From Candidatus Paceibacter sp. (lineage in GTDB: Bacteria; Patescibacteriota; Minisyncoccia; UBA9983): a stretch of 64,000 nucleotides of DNA. Below are positions 36,398 to 46,392 of this stretch, piece after piece. Where the stretch lies: positions 681 to 64,680 of the forward strand of contig JABWAS010000003.1 in NCBI GenBank assembly GCA_013360865.1, given 5' to 3'. Below the pieces are notes generated by a model. It did no database searches, had not been told where the DNA came from, and saw only the letters and a list, made by a program, of their open reading frames with translations. How positions within the stretch are numbered: position 1 is the first letter of the stretch; every line of letters begins with the position of its first letter. The position numbers and the translations under genes are program-made.

Positions 36398-38791
36398 TTA
36401 TTTCCCCAGCTCTAATAAAATCACGCTGTAAGGACTCATTTCCAGAGTTGTTTTAAACGTTCCGTCTTTGCTTACTTCTATTTTTGTTTCTCTTTTTGAA
36501 CCCTCCAAAGAAACACGGGGGTTGTTGTTTATTTTATTTATAAATTCCGATATTTCCGGCCTGGCGCCAACGGAAAAACCGGAACGGTTGCCGTAGTAGA
36601 AAAGAGAGTCTCGAGTTTTGCTATATATACCAACGACATCCGAAATTACTTTATCTCCGACGTCGGCGCAATTCAGGCCGGCCGGAGCGCATAATCTTTT
36701 TATCTGGTCTTTAAGGCAAGATTTTTTGTCAGCCTGGCCGGCGCACAACCGCGCCGCTTTTTCAATAGTATTTATCTGATTTTCCGCGTAAAAATTTCTT
36801 AAATAATTTCTGACTTCAGCCAAGGCGGCTGCCTGAGAATCCTGATTCGCCTTCCGGACGGCCAATTCTATTTCCCCGCTTAATCCACATTCGGCGTTGC
36901 CCTTAGCCGGTTCTGTCTTTTTGTTATAGCGGCAGGCGTTGGAATTATCTTTGTCTATGACATGCGCGGTCATTCTGGCGCTTCCGGAAAAAGGAATGTT
37001 CTCAATTTCCAGCGAAACTTCTTTTTTGTTTTCCGTAGAGCCGAACAGTTCGTAAAACTTCGCCTTGTTTATCTCCGGAACGAAATAGGACAGCAAAACC
37101 CGAACCTTCTCGCCATCTCTTGTTTTTGAAGCCAGCGCGCTTATCGAATCATCGCTTTTCGCCGCGTTCAGGAGAAACGGTGTTTGATTTTCAGCTTTTC
37201 CGCCAAGCAAGGACATCATTCTCATCGCGTTATAAACCGGCTTTATCACTCCGTCGCGGCTTATGGCTCCAGGGTCCCCGGCGAATAATTCGCTATTCTG
37301 GAAGTCGTTGAAATGGAAAAAGGTCTGGCGGTCAATGCTGCCAATCATATTTTCCAAGGCATAAACATAATAAGAAGCGGTAAACTCCGTCTCGTGTTCC
37401 AGCGGCTTTTGCAGACCGGGGTCGTAATTGAACTCATCCAGTATCAAGGGCGTGTTTTGGTCAAAACCGCTTTCATCAAGCCAATCTTTAAGCGACTGGC
37501 TTATTTCAATAATCTCGTTTTTACTTCCGCGAAAATCATTCCAGCCGACGTACATATGCCACGTCACAAAACTCACCCTCAAATCTTCTTTGTCGGCGTA
37601 TTTCAGAAAATCTTTAACGACATCGTGATTCCACACCGACGAGCCCGGCCCGCCTATCTTAACCTGAGGATCGGCTTTAACGGCTCCGTTAAAGCTGTAT
37701 TTGTACAAACGCAAATACTCTTCTTCCGTCGCCGTCCAGAAGTCGTCGTTTTTAAAAACATAGTTTTGGTCGGCCTCGTTCCAAACTTCGTAAAGCAAGT
37801 CAATTCCCAATTCATTTTTGTAATGTCTGACTACGCCTTCAACCAAATTCGCCCATTCATTATAATCGCGCGGAGGAGCAATGCCCCAGTTTTCAGAACA
37901 TTCATAATTGCTACCGTTTTTCTCGCATTTGCTGCTTAAAAACTTAGGCATGCCGTATATGGTAAAAATCACGTCGGCGCCAGCCTTTTTATAAGAAAGG
38001 ATTGTCTCGTCAATATTTTTAAGTTTCAAAAAATAATCATCAAAATTTTCCGCTTCTTCGGAAACATAAGACCTTAAAACCAAACCTGTTCTGTACAACC
38101 CAGGATTATTCTCCGCGTGGAATTTGTTTCTGTAATAAGGCTGGAGATAAGTCGGACCCCATTGGGAAACATCCATTCCGGCTCTTAACACTTCCGGAAA
38201 TTCGGCTTCGCTAAGGTAATCAACGGCCACGGCGGAAGGTGCGGGCGTGCCCTCTTTAATCGCTTCAAGAAACATGGCTACTATCTTCGTGAAATTCCCC
38301 TTTTGTTCTTCGGGAAGAGCAGCCAGTATTTTGTTTATAATCTGGCGGTGAATTACTAATTTTTCCAGAAGAGCTTTTTTTATTTCCGCCGCTTCTTTTT
38401 CGTTTTTAGTGTTTTTTATGTAACCGGCGACAAATTCAGCCAGTTTTTGGTATTTTCCGACCAATAATTCCAGGCGCTGGAGCTTGTCTGCGGTAATTAG
38501 CTTTTCCATTTCGGCCAACCTTTCTTCGCCGTAATTTATTTTTTTGATAAACCTTTTTGATTTGCTGAAAGTAAATAATAGATTTATCTTTTCTGAATAA
38601 TTGTCAAAGAAATAAAATAAATCGCCAGGAACAAAACCTGCCTTTATTGTTTCCATTGAGGAAGCGGGATAATTTGGCGCCGCGTCCACATTACCCGCTT
38701 TAAACCAAAAACTGGAAACCAAAAAAATTAACAACATAAACAATGGCAATATTCCGCCCAAAATTGATTTTTTAAAAAATTTTTTAAACAT
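36398..38791 (-). CDS. Large secreted glycoside hydrolase (TIM-barrel GH5/GH39-like core)
   Basis: Signal peptide and an N-terminal coiled region. The central region …LLYEVWNEADQ… with the GGPGS… pattern is typical of clan GH-A enzymes. Confidence 0.45.
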   Translation of the reverse strand: MFKKFFKKSILGGILPLFMLLIFLVSSFWFKAGNVDAAPNYPASSMETIKAGFVPGDLFYFFDNYSEKINLLFTFSKSKRFIKKINYGEERLAEMEKLITADKLQRLELLVGKYQKLAEFVAGYIKNTKNEKEAAEIKKALLEKLVIHRQIINKILAALPEEQKGNFTKIVAMFLEAIKEGTPAPSAVAVDYLSEAEFPEVLRAGMDVSQWGPTYLQPYYRNKFHAENNPGLYRTGLVLRSYVSEEAENFDDYFLKLKNIDETILSYKKAGADVIFTIYGMPKFLSSKCEKNGSNYECSENWGIAPPRDYNEWANLVEGVVRHYKNELGIDLLYEVWNEADQNYVFKNDDFWTATEEEYLRLYKYSFNGAVKADPQVKIGGPGSSVWNHDVVKDFLKYADKEDLRVSFVTWHMYVGWNDFRGSKNEIIEISQSLKDWLDESGFDQNTPLILDEFNYDPGLQKPLEHETEFTASYYVYALENMIGSIDRQTFFHFNDFQNSELFAGDPGAISRDGVIKPVYNAMRMMSLLGGKAENQTPFLLNAAKSDDSISALASKTRDGEKVRVLLSYFVPEINKAKFYELFGSTENKKEVSLEIENIPFSGSARMTAHVIDKDNSNACRYNKKTEPAKGNAECGLSGEIELAVRKANQDSQAAALAEVRNYLRNFYAENQINTIEKAARLCAGQADKKSCLKDQIKRLCAPAGLNCADVGDKVISDVVGIYSKTRDSLFYYGNRSGFSVGARPEISEFINKINNNPRVSLEGSKRETKIEVSKDGTFKTTLEMSPYSVILLELGK

Positions 38792-38896
38792 AAGTTAAAC
38801 TGATAAACAGTCTATTAATGTTTAATTAAGTTTAACACAAAAACACTCTAATTAAACATTGCCTCGATATTTCAATAATGATAACATCTTAACGAA

Positions 38897-39934
38897 ATGT
38901 TAAGCAAAATTTCAAGGAAGCAATACATTCTGCTTGTTGTTTCCTTTCTGGCTATTTTAGCCGAAAGCGGATATTTAGCCTTAAATTTTTTCCGGAATTA
39001 CGAGCTTGAAAAAGCGCTGCTTAAAACCGAGGTAGAAGATGCCCAAAACGCGCTGGCTCTGCAATCTCAAACAATAAACAACCTGATAAAAGAGCTGGAA
39101 AACATAAGAAAAGAATCCGTCAGCAACACCGAAGGTATAAGAAGAAACCTCGCCGAAGAAGCCAGAAAAAGAGAGGAGGCCGCCAGAAAACTGGAAGAAA
39201 AAATAACCCAGGCGGAAACGCGGACGCTGACAGCCCAGCAGCAGCTCCAGGCCAGAGAAGAATCAACCAACCGCAAAATTTCCGCGCTGGAAGAAAAAGT
39301 TTCCAAAAATACTTCTTACGATCTTGCTTCCATAATCTCCCAATGGCAGCCGATTATATCCATCGTCCGGTGCGATTTCCGCTACTCCGACACCGGCCGC
39401 CTTTATTACCAGACCAGCGGCTCTGGCATCGCCATCAAGTTTGACGACGCGCCCATATCCATTCTTACCAATAAGCACGTGGTGACCGACGACAACAGTT
39501 TCGGCGCCACCTCCTGCTCGGCGTCCTTTTCCGACAAGAGCGCCGTGACCGTTTCTTCCGGAGACATCAGAGTTTCCTCCAAGGGCTACGATCTAGGCTA
39601 TGTTTACATAAATAATCCGGACAGCCGCCTAAGAAGCATCACTTCCCAATTCCCCTCTTTCTGCCCCGCCAAGCCCGCTTTGGGCGATGAGATTGTGGTG
39701 CTCGGCTACCCGGTAACCGGCTCCAAAGACGGCGCCACCGCCACCGAAGGCATCATCTCCGGATTTGACGGAAAATATTTCATCACTTCGGCCAAAGTTG
39801 AGCAGGGCAATTCCGGCGGCGCGGCCATTTTGCTTAAAGACAACTGCCTGCTGGGTATCCCCACTTTCGTCCGGCTGGGCAAAGCCGAATCGCTGGCCCG
39901 AATTTTGGACATCTGGACGACGATAGAAAAATAA
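38897..39934 (+). CDS. Trypsin-like serine protease with N-terminal TM and coiled coil
   Basis: The catalytic-triad context …TNKHVV…D…GNSGGAAIL, with an S1-family fold pattern. Confidence 0.65.
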   Translation: MLSKISRKQYILLVVSFLAILAESGYLALNFFRNYELEKALLKTEVEDAQNALALQSQTINNLIKELENIRKESVSNTEGIRRNLAEEARKREEAARKLEEKITQAETRTLTAQQQLQAREESTNRKISALEEKVSKNTSYDLASIISQWQPIISIVRCDFRYSDTGRLYYQTSGSGIAIKFDDAPISILTNKHVVTDDNSFGATSCSASFSDKSAVTVSSGDIRVSSKGYDLGYVYINNPDSRLRSITSQFPSFCPAKPALGDEIVVLGYPVTGSKDGATATEGIISGFDGKYFITSAKVEQGNSGGAAILLKDNCLLGIPTFVRLGKAESLARILDIWTTIEK

Positions 39935-40007
39935 CAAGGGCCTCTTTACAAACACTTAAATTTTTATTAGAATTGTTTCATAACCCTGCGGAGTCAGGGT
40001 ATATTTT

Positions 40008-41795
40008 ATGGAAATCAGAAATATAGCCATTATCGCCCACGTTGACCACGGCAAAACGACGCTGACCGACGCTATTATGAAGCAGTCCGGCGTAGGCGCC
40101 GAGGGTGTAAGCATGGACAGCAACGCTCTGGAACAGGAGCGCGGCATTACCATTTACGCCAAAAACACTTCCATCTCATATAAAGGAACGAAAATAAACA
40201 TCGTGGACACGCCCGGCCACGCCGACTTTGGATCCGAAGTGGAGCGGGTTTTGCGCGCCATTGATTCGGTTATTTTGGTGGTGGACGCCCAGGAAGGTCC
40301 GATGCCGCAAACCAGATTTGTTCTCAAGAAATCCCTGGAACTTGGCTTGAAGCCGATAGTGGTCATCAACAAAATAGACAAACCGGCCGCCGACCCGCAC
40401 AAGACGCACGAGCTGGTGCTGGAGCTTTTTATGGAGCTGGGCGCCAACGACCAGCAGCTGGACTTCCCCGTGGTTTACGCCATCGGCCGCGAGGGCGTGG
40501 CCAAACTTGACCTTAAAGACGAATCAAAAGATTTGTCTCCCCTTCTGGACACCGTTTTGGCCAAAGTCAAACCGGCCAACGCCAACGCTTCGTCCCAATT
40601 TGCCATGCAGCCGTTCAACCTCGGCTACGACAACTTTCTGGGCCGAATGGCCATCGGCCGGGTGCACGGCGGAACGATAAAAACCGGCGCCAACGTTTTC
40701 GTCAAAAAGCCGTCCGGCGAAACCCGTTCCGGAAAAATCACCAAAATTTTCACCTTTGAAGGTACGCAAAGAAAAGAGGCCGCTCAAGCCGAAGCCGGAG
40801 ACATCGTAATGATGGCCGGCCTGCCGGACATTTACATCGGAGAAACTATTTGCGAATCGGCCGAACTGCAACCGCTTCCGGCCATCAACGTGGACGAGCC
40901 GACCATATCACTTAATTTTCTGGTCAACGATTCGCCGCTGGCCGGACGCGACGGCAAATTCGTCACCTCCAGGCAGATAAGAGAACGGCTGGAAAAAGAG
41001 CTGGAGATAAACGTCGGCCTTCGGGTTGATTTTTCTTCCGGAGATTTCTTCAAAGTTTACGGACGGGGCGAACTGCACATCGCCGTCTTGCTGGAGAATA
41101 TGCGCCGCGAAGGATTTGAACTGCAGGTTTCCCAGCCGCAAGTCATCATTAAAGAAGAAAATGGCGAAAAATTGGAACCCTACGAAGAAGTCACCATAGA
41201 TTTGCCGGAAACAATGTCCGGCCAGGTGATAGAGACGATGGGCAAAAGAAAAGGCATCCTTTCCAACATGAAGCAAGAGCACGGCCTGATGCGCCTCGTC
41301 TTTGACGCGCCGACGCGCGGGCTCTTGGGCTATCGCAACCAGTTTATGATAGACACCCGCGGCGAAGGCATTATGTGCAGCCGGTTCGTCGGATTTAAAC
41401 CCCACGCCGGAGAGATAAGAAAAAGAGACGTCGGATCCATGACCTCCATGGCCTCGGGCAAGGTCGCCGCTTTTGCTTTGGACAATCTCCAGCAGAGAGG
41501 CATTCTTTACGTCGGCCCGGGGACGGAAGTATATGAAGGTATGATAGTTGGCAACACCTCCAAAGGCGACGAGTTGGCCGTCAATCCGGTCAAAGGCAAG
41601 CAGCTCACCAACGTGCGCATGGGCGGCCAAGCCGACGAGAAAATAATTCTCGCTCCACCGCTGGAAGTTTCTCTGGAACGCGGACTGGAGATAATGAACG
41701 AAGACGAATATCTGGAAATCACGCCCAAAAACATCCGCCTGCGCAAGCAGTATCTCAAAGAAAGCGAACGCAAAAACGCGAAGCGGGATAAATAA
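40008..41795 (+). CDS. typA: Translational GTPase TypA/BipA
   Basis: NIAIIAHVDHGKTTLTDAIMKQSG, DTPGHADF, NKIDKP, and the BipA-specific C-terminal domain. Confidence 0.9.
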   Translation: MEIRNIAIIAHVDHGKTTLTDAIMKQSGVGAEGVSMDSNALEQERGITIYAKNTSISYKGTKINIVDTPGHADFGSEVERVLRAIDSVILVVDAQEGPMPQTRFVLKKSLELGLKPIVVINKIDKPAADPHKTHELVLELFMELGANDQQLDFPVVYAIGREGVAKLDLKDESKDLSPLLDTVLAKVKPANANASSQFAMQPFNLGYDNFLGRMAIGRVHGGTIKTGANVFVKKPSGETRSGKITKIFTFEGTQRKEAAQAEAGDIVMMAGLPDIYIGETICESAELQPLPAINVDEPTISLNFLVNDSPLAGRDGKFVTSRQIRERLEKELEINVGLRVDFSSGDFFKVYGRGELHIAVLLENMRREGFELQVSQPQVIIKEENGEKLEPYEEVTIDLPETMSGQVIETMGKRKGILSNMKQEHGLMRLVFDAPTRGLLGYRNQFMIDTRGEGIMCSRFVGFKPHAGEIRKRDVGSMTSMASGKVAAFALDNLQQRGILYVGPGTEVYEGMIVGNTSKGDELAVNPVKGKQLTNVRMGGQADEKIILAPPLEVSLERGLEIMNEDEYLEITPKNIRLRKQYLKESERKNAKRDK

Positions 41796-41815
41796 AATGC
41801 TATACTAACTGATGT

Positions 41816-42493
41816 ATGGCGACTTACAAAACCAAGCTCATCAAAAAAGAGGAAGTGGCGGAGGGAACGATGTCTTTTTATTTTGAAAAGCCGGAGAAGT
41901 TCAAGTTTATCGCCGGGCAGTATCTGGAATTCAGCCATATCAAACCGGCGGAGACGGACAGCGAGGGCAACAACCGCTTTTTCTCCATCGCCAGCGCGCC
42001 GTATGAAAACAATATAATGATAGCCACCCGCATGAGAGACACGGCGTTTAAGCGGGTGCTCAAAAATCTGCCCATTGGTTCGGAAATAATAATAAACGGT
42101 CCGCACGGATTTTTTTACCTCCATAAAGACGCCTCCCGACCGGCCGTTTTCCTCATTGGCGGCATTGGCATCACGCCGGTTTCCAGTATTCTAAAAAACG
42201 CCGTCAAGGAAAGACTGCCCCATAAATTGTTTTTGTTTTACTCCAACAAGCGGCCGGAGGACACGGCTTTTCTTAGAGAATTACAAAATCTGGAAAAAGA
42301 AAATCCAGCCTTTAAACTTGTCGCCACCATGACAGATCTGGAAAAGTCGGCGCAAAAATGGCAGGGAGAAACCGGATTTATAAACGTGGAAATGATAAGA
42401 AAATATGTAGGCGATTTAAATTTGATGAAACTTCTGGAAGAAAACGGGGTTAAGAAAAAAGATATGGTGTCGGAAGAATTTGCGGGATACTAG
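41816..42493 (+). CDS. FNR-like FAD/NAD(P)-binding oxidoreductase
   Basis: RFFSIAS FAD-binding motif and the GGIGITP NAD-binding motif. Confidence 0.65.
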   Translation: MATYKTKLIKKEEVAEGTMSFYFEKPEKFKFIAGQYLEFSHIKPAETDSEGNNRFFSIASAPYENNIMIATRMRDTAFKRVLKNLPIGSEIIINGPHGFFYLHKDASRPAVFLIGGIGITPVSSILKNAVKERLPHKLFLFYSNKRPEDTAFLRELQNLEKENPAFKLVATMTDLEKSAQKWQGETGFINVEMIRKYVGDLNLMKLLEENGVKKKDMVSEEFAGY

Positions 42494-42514
42494 CTCATGT
42501 CGCGGGGAATTAAT

Positions 42515-42597
42515 ATCGTTTGCGACGCCTTTCGCAGCGCGACGGCGCGAGAAGAGCAAATTTTCAGCAGAAAATTATGCGAGCCGAGCAAATGATG
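42515..42597. repeat. 83-bp element with terminal inverted repeats, copy 2 (identical to 12540-12622), inserted in the centre of a terminator palindrome
   Basis: The flanks GTCGCGGGGAATTAA / TTAATTCCTCGCGAC form a split hairpin, followed by T6. Confidence 0.85.
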
Positions 42598-42669
42598 TTA
42601 ATTCCTCGCGACAAGTTTTTTGCGCTTTTGTTCGCTTTTACTTTTATTAAAACTTAGTATAATAAACAT

Positions 42670-42921
42670 ATGTTCGACAAACTAAAACAACTCAATGAAT
42701 TGCGGAAAATGAAGAACGCCATCCAGGCGGAGACGGTCACGGCTGAGAGAAACGGGGTTAAAATAACAATAAACGGCAGCTTCAACGTGGAAGACCTTTC
42801 CGTTTCACCGGAGGCCAAACAAGGCTCCGGACTGGAGAAAGATTTGCGCGCCTGCTTCAACGACGCGGTGGGCAAAATCCAAGCAACATTGGCGCAGAAA
42901 TTTTCCTCAATGATGCAGTAG
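42670..42921 (+). CDS. YbaB/EbfC-family nucleoid-associated protein
   Basis: …QLNELRKMKNAIQAETVTAERNGVKITINGSFNVEDLSV… fits the YbaB fold pattern. Confidence 0.6.
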   Translation: MFDKLKQLNELRKMKNAIQAETVTAERNGVKITINGSFNVEDLSVSPEAKQGSGLEKDLRACFNDAVGKIQATLAQKFSSMMQ

Positions 42922-43061
42922 CGCCAAGCCAATAAGAAAAAAACAAATGTTCTACCTGCTAATATATTCCCTGCTTCAGACGATAGGATTCTTCATTTTA
43001 GTCGTGGCGGCCATCGCCTTGCTGACGATAATATTGCTTTCCGTTTCCCGCCGGTTATATT

Positions 43062-44150
43062 GTGGTGCTTGTCGGGGTTTTCCTCCTGTTCTTCTCCACG
43101 CAAGAAGCGCCCCGCCAGCTTAAATTTCCCCTGATGCTTAAAACTTTCGGCCCGGCCGGCGGCCCCGAGTTGCCGATTAAAAGCGTCTTTACCTTTCTTA
43201 AAAATATAAATAATTTTGAGCGGGTGGATATCGCCCGCGACCCGGCCGACATCCCGCCGCCGATAAACAGAAAAGAACCAACGGAAGTCAAAGTGGAAAT
43301 TGAAACCAAAGAAGTCATCGCAGAAATAGCGCCGGGAGTGTATTTCAATTACTGGACTTTCGGCGGGCAGGTGCCCGGGCCGTTTGTCCGCGTCCGCGAA
43401 GGCGACACCGTGGCTTTGACTTTAAAGAACAACCCCTCCAGCCTTCATCACCACAGCATCGACCTGCACGCCGTCAACGGGCCGGGCGGCGGAGCAACGG
43501 TCACTATGGTCGCCCCGGGCGAATCTAAAACGTTCAGATTCAAAGCGCTGAATCCCGGACTTTACGTTTACCACTGCGCTTACCCCAACGTCGGCACCCA
43601 CATGGCGCACGGAATGTATGGGATGATTTTGGTGGAACCGAAAGAAGGCTTGCCTCCGGTGGACAAGGAATTCTACGTAATGCAGGGCGAGTTTTACAGC
43701 GCCGGACGGCTCGGTAAAAAAGGATTGCAGGTTTTTGACGCCGGAAAGATGGTGGACAACCATCCGGAATACATAGTTTTTAACGGCAAAACGAAATCAA
43801 TCAACGGCAACATCAAAGCCAACGTCGGCGAGAAAATAAGATTTTTTGTCGGCAACGGCGGCGTCAACCTCATCTCCTCTTTTCATTTAATCGGCGAAAT
43901 TTTTGATAAAGTTTATCCGGAAGGAGCCGTCGGTTCAGAACCGTTCGCCAACGTGCAGACTACGGCCGTTCCCGCCGGAGGCGCAACTATTGCCGAGTTC
44001 AAACTTGATTATCCGGGCAAATACATCCTGGTTGACCACGCTTTGGCCAGATTGGACAAAGGCGCCTGGGGCGTGATGGAAGCGTCGGGCGAAGCAAACA
44101 AAGAAATTTTTGACGGGGAAATGGGCAACCTTGAAGAAAGCGGGCATTAA
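43062..44150 (+). CDS. nirK: Copper-containing nitrite reductase; the N-terminus is uncertain (GTG start or frameshift)
   Basis: DPADIPPPI…, the type-2 Cu site HHHSIDLHA, and the type-1 Cu site YVYHCAYPNVGTHMAHGMYGM (Cys, His, Met ligands). Confidence 0.8.
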   Translation: MVLVGVFLLFFSTQEAPRQLKFPLMLKTFGPAGGPELPIKSVFTFLKNINNFERVDIARDPADIPPPINRKEPTEVKVEIETKEVIAEIAPGVYFNYWTFGGQVPGPFVRVREGDTVALTLKNNPSSLHHHSIDLHAVNGPGGGATVTMVAPGESKTFRFKALNPGLYVYHCAYPNVGTHMAHGMYGMILVEPKEGLPPVDKEFYVMQGEFYSAGRLGKKGLQVFDAGKMVDNHPEYIVFNGKTKSINGNIKANVGEKIRFFVGNGGVNLISSFHLIGEIFDKVYPEGAVGSEPFANVQTTAVPAGGATIAEFKLDYPGKYILVDHALARLDKGAWGVMEASGEANKEIFDGEMGNLEESGH

Positions 44151-44160
44151 ACTTGGAAGA

Positions 44161-44204
44161 AACTTGGAAGCGAGACTTCCGATTGGAAGTCTCGCTTCCA
44201 AGTT
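44161..44204. repeat. Palindrome AACTTGGAAGCGAGACTTCC gatt GGAAGTCTCGCTTCCAAGTT immediately after the nirK stop
   Basis: 20-bp arms with the GCGAGAC/GTCTCGC core. Confidence 0.75.
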
Positions 44205-44216
44205 TAAATCTCGTAA

Positions 44217-44254
44217 ATAAAACCCAGCCACGAATATGGCTGGGTTTTATTTTG
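44217..44254. terminator. Bidirectional rho-independent terminator (AACCCAGCC…GGCTGGGTT, A-run before and T-run after)
   Basis: It lies between the convergent nirK and RRM-protein genes. Confidence 0.7.
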
Positions 44255-44260
44255 AGGAGA

Positions 44261-44584
44261 TTAGTAAGCGTTGTCGGATCTGTATCCTCTGCCGCCTCTG
44301 TCGCCAAATGACCTTCTCGGTCTGGCGCTTCCCTCTTCCTTCGGCTTGGCGATGTTGACTATCAACGTTCTGCCGCCGAAATCCTTCTCGTTGAACAATT
44401 CAATGGCCTTGTTGGCCTCTTCGGCCGTAGCCATTTCCACGAATCCGAATCCTCTTGACCTGTTGGTCATTTTGTCCATTATAACGCTGGCGGAAACGAC
44501 GTTTCCGGCTCCGGCGAAATAATCTTTGAGTTCCTGGTCGGTGGTCGCGTAAGGAAGGCCTCCCACGTACAATTTAGTACTCAC
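44261..44584 (-). CDS. RRM-domain RNA-binding protein with a Gly/Arg-rich tail
   Basis: RNP-2 KLYVGGL and RNP-1 RGFGFVEM. Confidence 0.8.
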   Translation of the reverse strand: MSTKLYVGGLPYATTDQELKDYFAGAGNVVSASVIMDKMTNRSRGFGFVEMATAEEANKAIELFNEKDFGGRTLIVNIAKPKEEGSARPRRSFGDRGGRGYRSDNAY

Positions 44585-44821
44585 TTGATTGCATTTATAC
44601 TATACTTATAAAAATCTGCGGTAAGACCTTTGTCGCGAACTTGTCCGCTCGAGGCGGAAATAACGAACACCGACAGACAAAAACCAGTATAGCACAACAT
44701 CGCACGGTTGCCAAGTCCCATTTAAAAACATATAATAAGGGCGTGGTGAAAGCAGAATAAAAGGCGATAATTATCAATAAGCCTTGTTGTCGTCAGGCAG
44801 ACGCCAAGGCGCGAAAAATAA

Positions 44822-45604
44822 ATGGACAAAAAAATAAAAAACTATTTGGGCATCAGCGCGATAGTGGCCATGGTCATAGCGGCCGTTTCCACCCTCGTCT
44901 TCGCCAACATATATTCCAAATCCATACAGCCTTCTTCTTACCGCAGCTTCTCCGTTTCCGCCGAAGACAAGGCGACGGCCGTTCCGGACGTGGCCCAGTT
45001 TTCCTTTAGCGTGATATCGCAGGGAGGCAAAGACATCGCGACTTTGCAAAAAGAAAACTCGGAGAAAACCAACCGGGCCATCGGCGTGGCCAAAGCCAGC
45101 GGCGTGGAAGATAAGGACATCAAGACCGCCGTTTACAACGTGGAGCCGAGATATCAGTTCTTTACCTGCCCCAACGGCAGGAACAACAAGACAGCCGAAC
45201 CGTGTCCTCCGCCGGAAATCGTCGGATACACGGTGACACAGAGCGTTTCCGTCAAAGTAAGAAATTTTGAGAAGACAAGCGAAATTCTTTCAGGAATTAT
45301 CCAAAGCGGAGTCAATTCCGTTTCCCAGCTTTCCTTTACCATAGACGATCCGGCAGTTCTGGAAAATCAGGCCCGCGGCGGCGCCATCGCTAAAGCCATT
45401 GCCAAAGCGGAAAGCATGGCCGAAGCCGGAAACTTCAAACTCGGGCGGCTTCTTTCCATCAGCGAGGGTGGATTCATTCCCAGATTTGGCTTTGAGAAAG
45501 CGGCTTTCGGCATGGGCGGAGACACTGATTCAAATCCTCCGCAAATAGAACCAGGCTCGCAGGAAATTACCGTCAACGTTGTCCTGACTTACGAGATAAG
45601 ATAA
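44822..45604 (+). CDS. SIMPL-domain (DUF541) periplasmic protein
   Basis: N-terminal TM, then the SIMPL-like pattern …GYTVTQSVSVKVRNFEKTSEILS…. Confidence 0.6.
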   Translation: MDKKIKNYLGISAIVAMVIAAVSTLVFANIYSKSIQPSSYRSFSVSAEDKATAVPDVAQFSFSVISQGGKDIATLQKENSEKTNRAIGVAKASGVEDKDIKTAVYNVEPRYQFFTCPNGRNNKTAEPCPPPEIVGYTVTQSVSVKVRNFEKTSEILSGIIQSGVNSVSQLSFTIDDPAVLENQARGGAIAKAIAKAESMAEAGNFKLGRLLSISEGGFIPRFGFEKAAFGMGGDTDSNPPQIEPGSQEITVNVVLTYEIR

Positions 45605-45664
45605 TAAAACAAAAAAACAACTCCGCTTAACGGGGTTGTTTTTTTGTTTACTGTTTGACATCAG

Positions 45665-46081
45665 CTACTTCTTGCTTTCTCTGATTTTAATCCTTACTTT
45701 CTTTTCCGCTTTTTCTTCGGCTTTTGGCATCACGATTTTCAGCACGCCCTTTTCATAAGACGCTTCTACTTTGTCTTCTTTAACGGCAACGGGCAGTCTG
45801 ACCACTCGATCAAAAGAACCCGTTCTTATTTCCTTCCGCCAATAATCTTTGCCTTTCTCTTCTTTCTTTTCTTCCGTATGGCCGCTTATCTCCAAAACGT
45901 CGTTGCGGACGGAAATTTCCACCTTGCTCGGGTCAATACCCGGCAGACTAACCTCCGCCACCACATCTTTCTCCGTCTCGTAAACATCCATTGACGGCCG
46001 CCCTCCGCCGACAAGAGGGGCGAAAAATTCGTCATCAAAAAAGCGGTCCATATCAAACGGCTTCCATGGTATTATCGCCAT
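45665..46081 (-). CDS. Hsp20/alpha-crystallin small heat-shock protein
   Basis: ACD pattern …DVYETEKDVVAEVSLPGIDPSKVEISVRNDVLEISG…GVLKIVMPK. Confidence 0.8.
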   Translation of the reverse strand: MAIIPWKPFDMDRFFDDEFFAPLVGGGRPSMDVYETEKDVVAEVSLPGIDPSKVEISVRNDVLEISGHTEEKKEEKGKDYWRKEIRTGSFDRVVRLPVAVKEDKVEASYEKGVLKIVMPKAEEKAEKKVRIKIRESKK

Positions 46082-46141
46082 ATTTTTATGATAAATTAAG
46101 GTTTATAATAAAAAGCGACCTTTTTGTAATATAATAAAACT

Positions 46142-46360
46142 ATGAAAATTTCTGTCAAAGTCAAACCCCGGGCCAAAAAAGAGTCCGTGGAAAAAATAAG
46201 CGAAACGGAATTCGTGGTTTCCGTCAAAGAACCGCCCGTTGACGGCCGCGCCAACTGGGCCGTCTGCCGCGCGCTGGGCGATTACTTCGGCGTCTCCCCC
46301 TCCCGCGTCAGCATCCTTTCCGGCCAATCCGGGAAAAATAAGGTGGTGGAGATAAAGTAA
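46142..46360 (+). CDS. DUF167/YggU-family protein
   Basis: …VKVKPRAKK…PVDGRANWAVCRALGDYFGVSPSRVSILSGQSGKNKVVEI. Confidence 0.6.
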   Translation: MKISVKVKPRAKKESVEKISETEFVVSVKEPPVDGRANWAVCRALGDYFGVSPSRVSILSGQSGKNKVVEIK

Positions 46361-46392
46361 GTTATTTCAAAACGGCAATCAGCGCGGGAATA

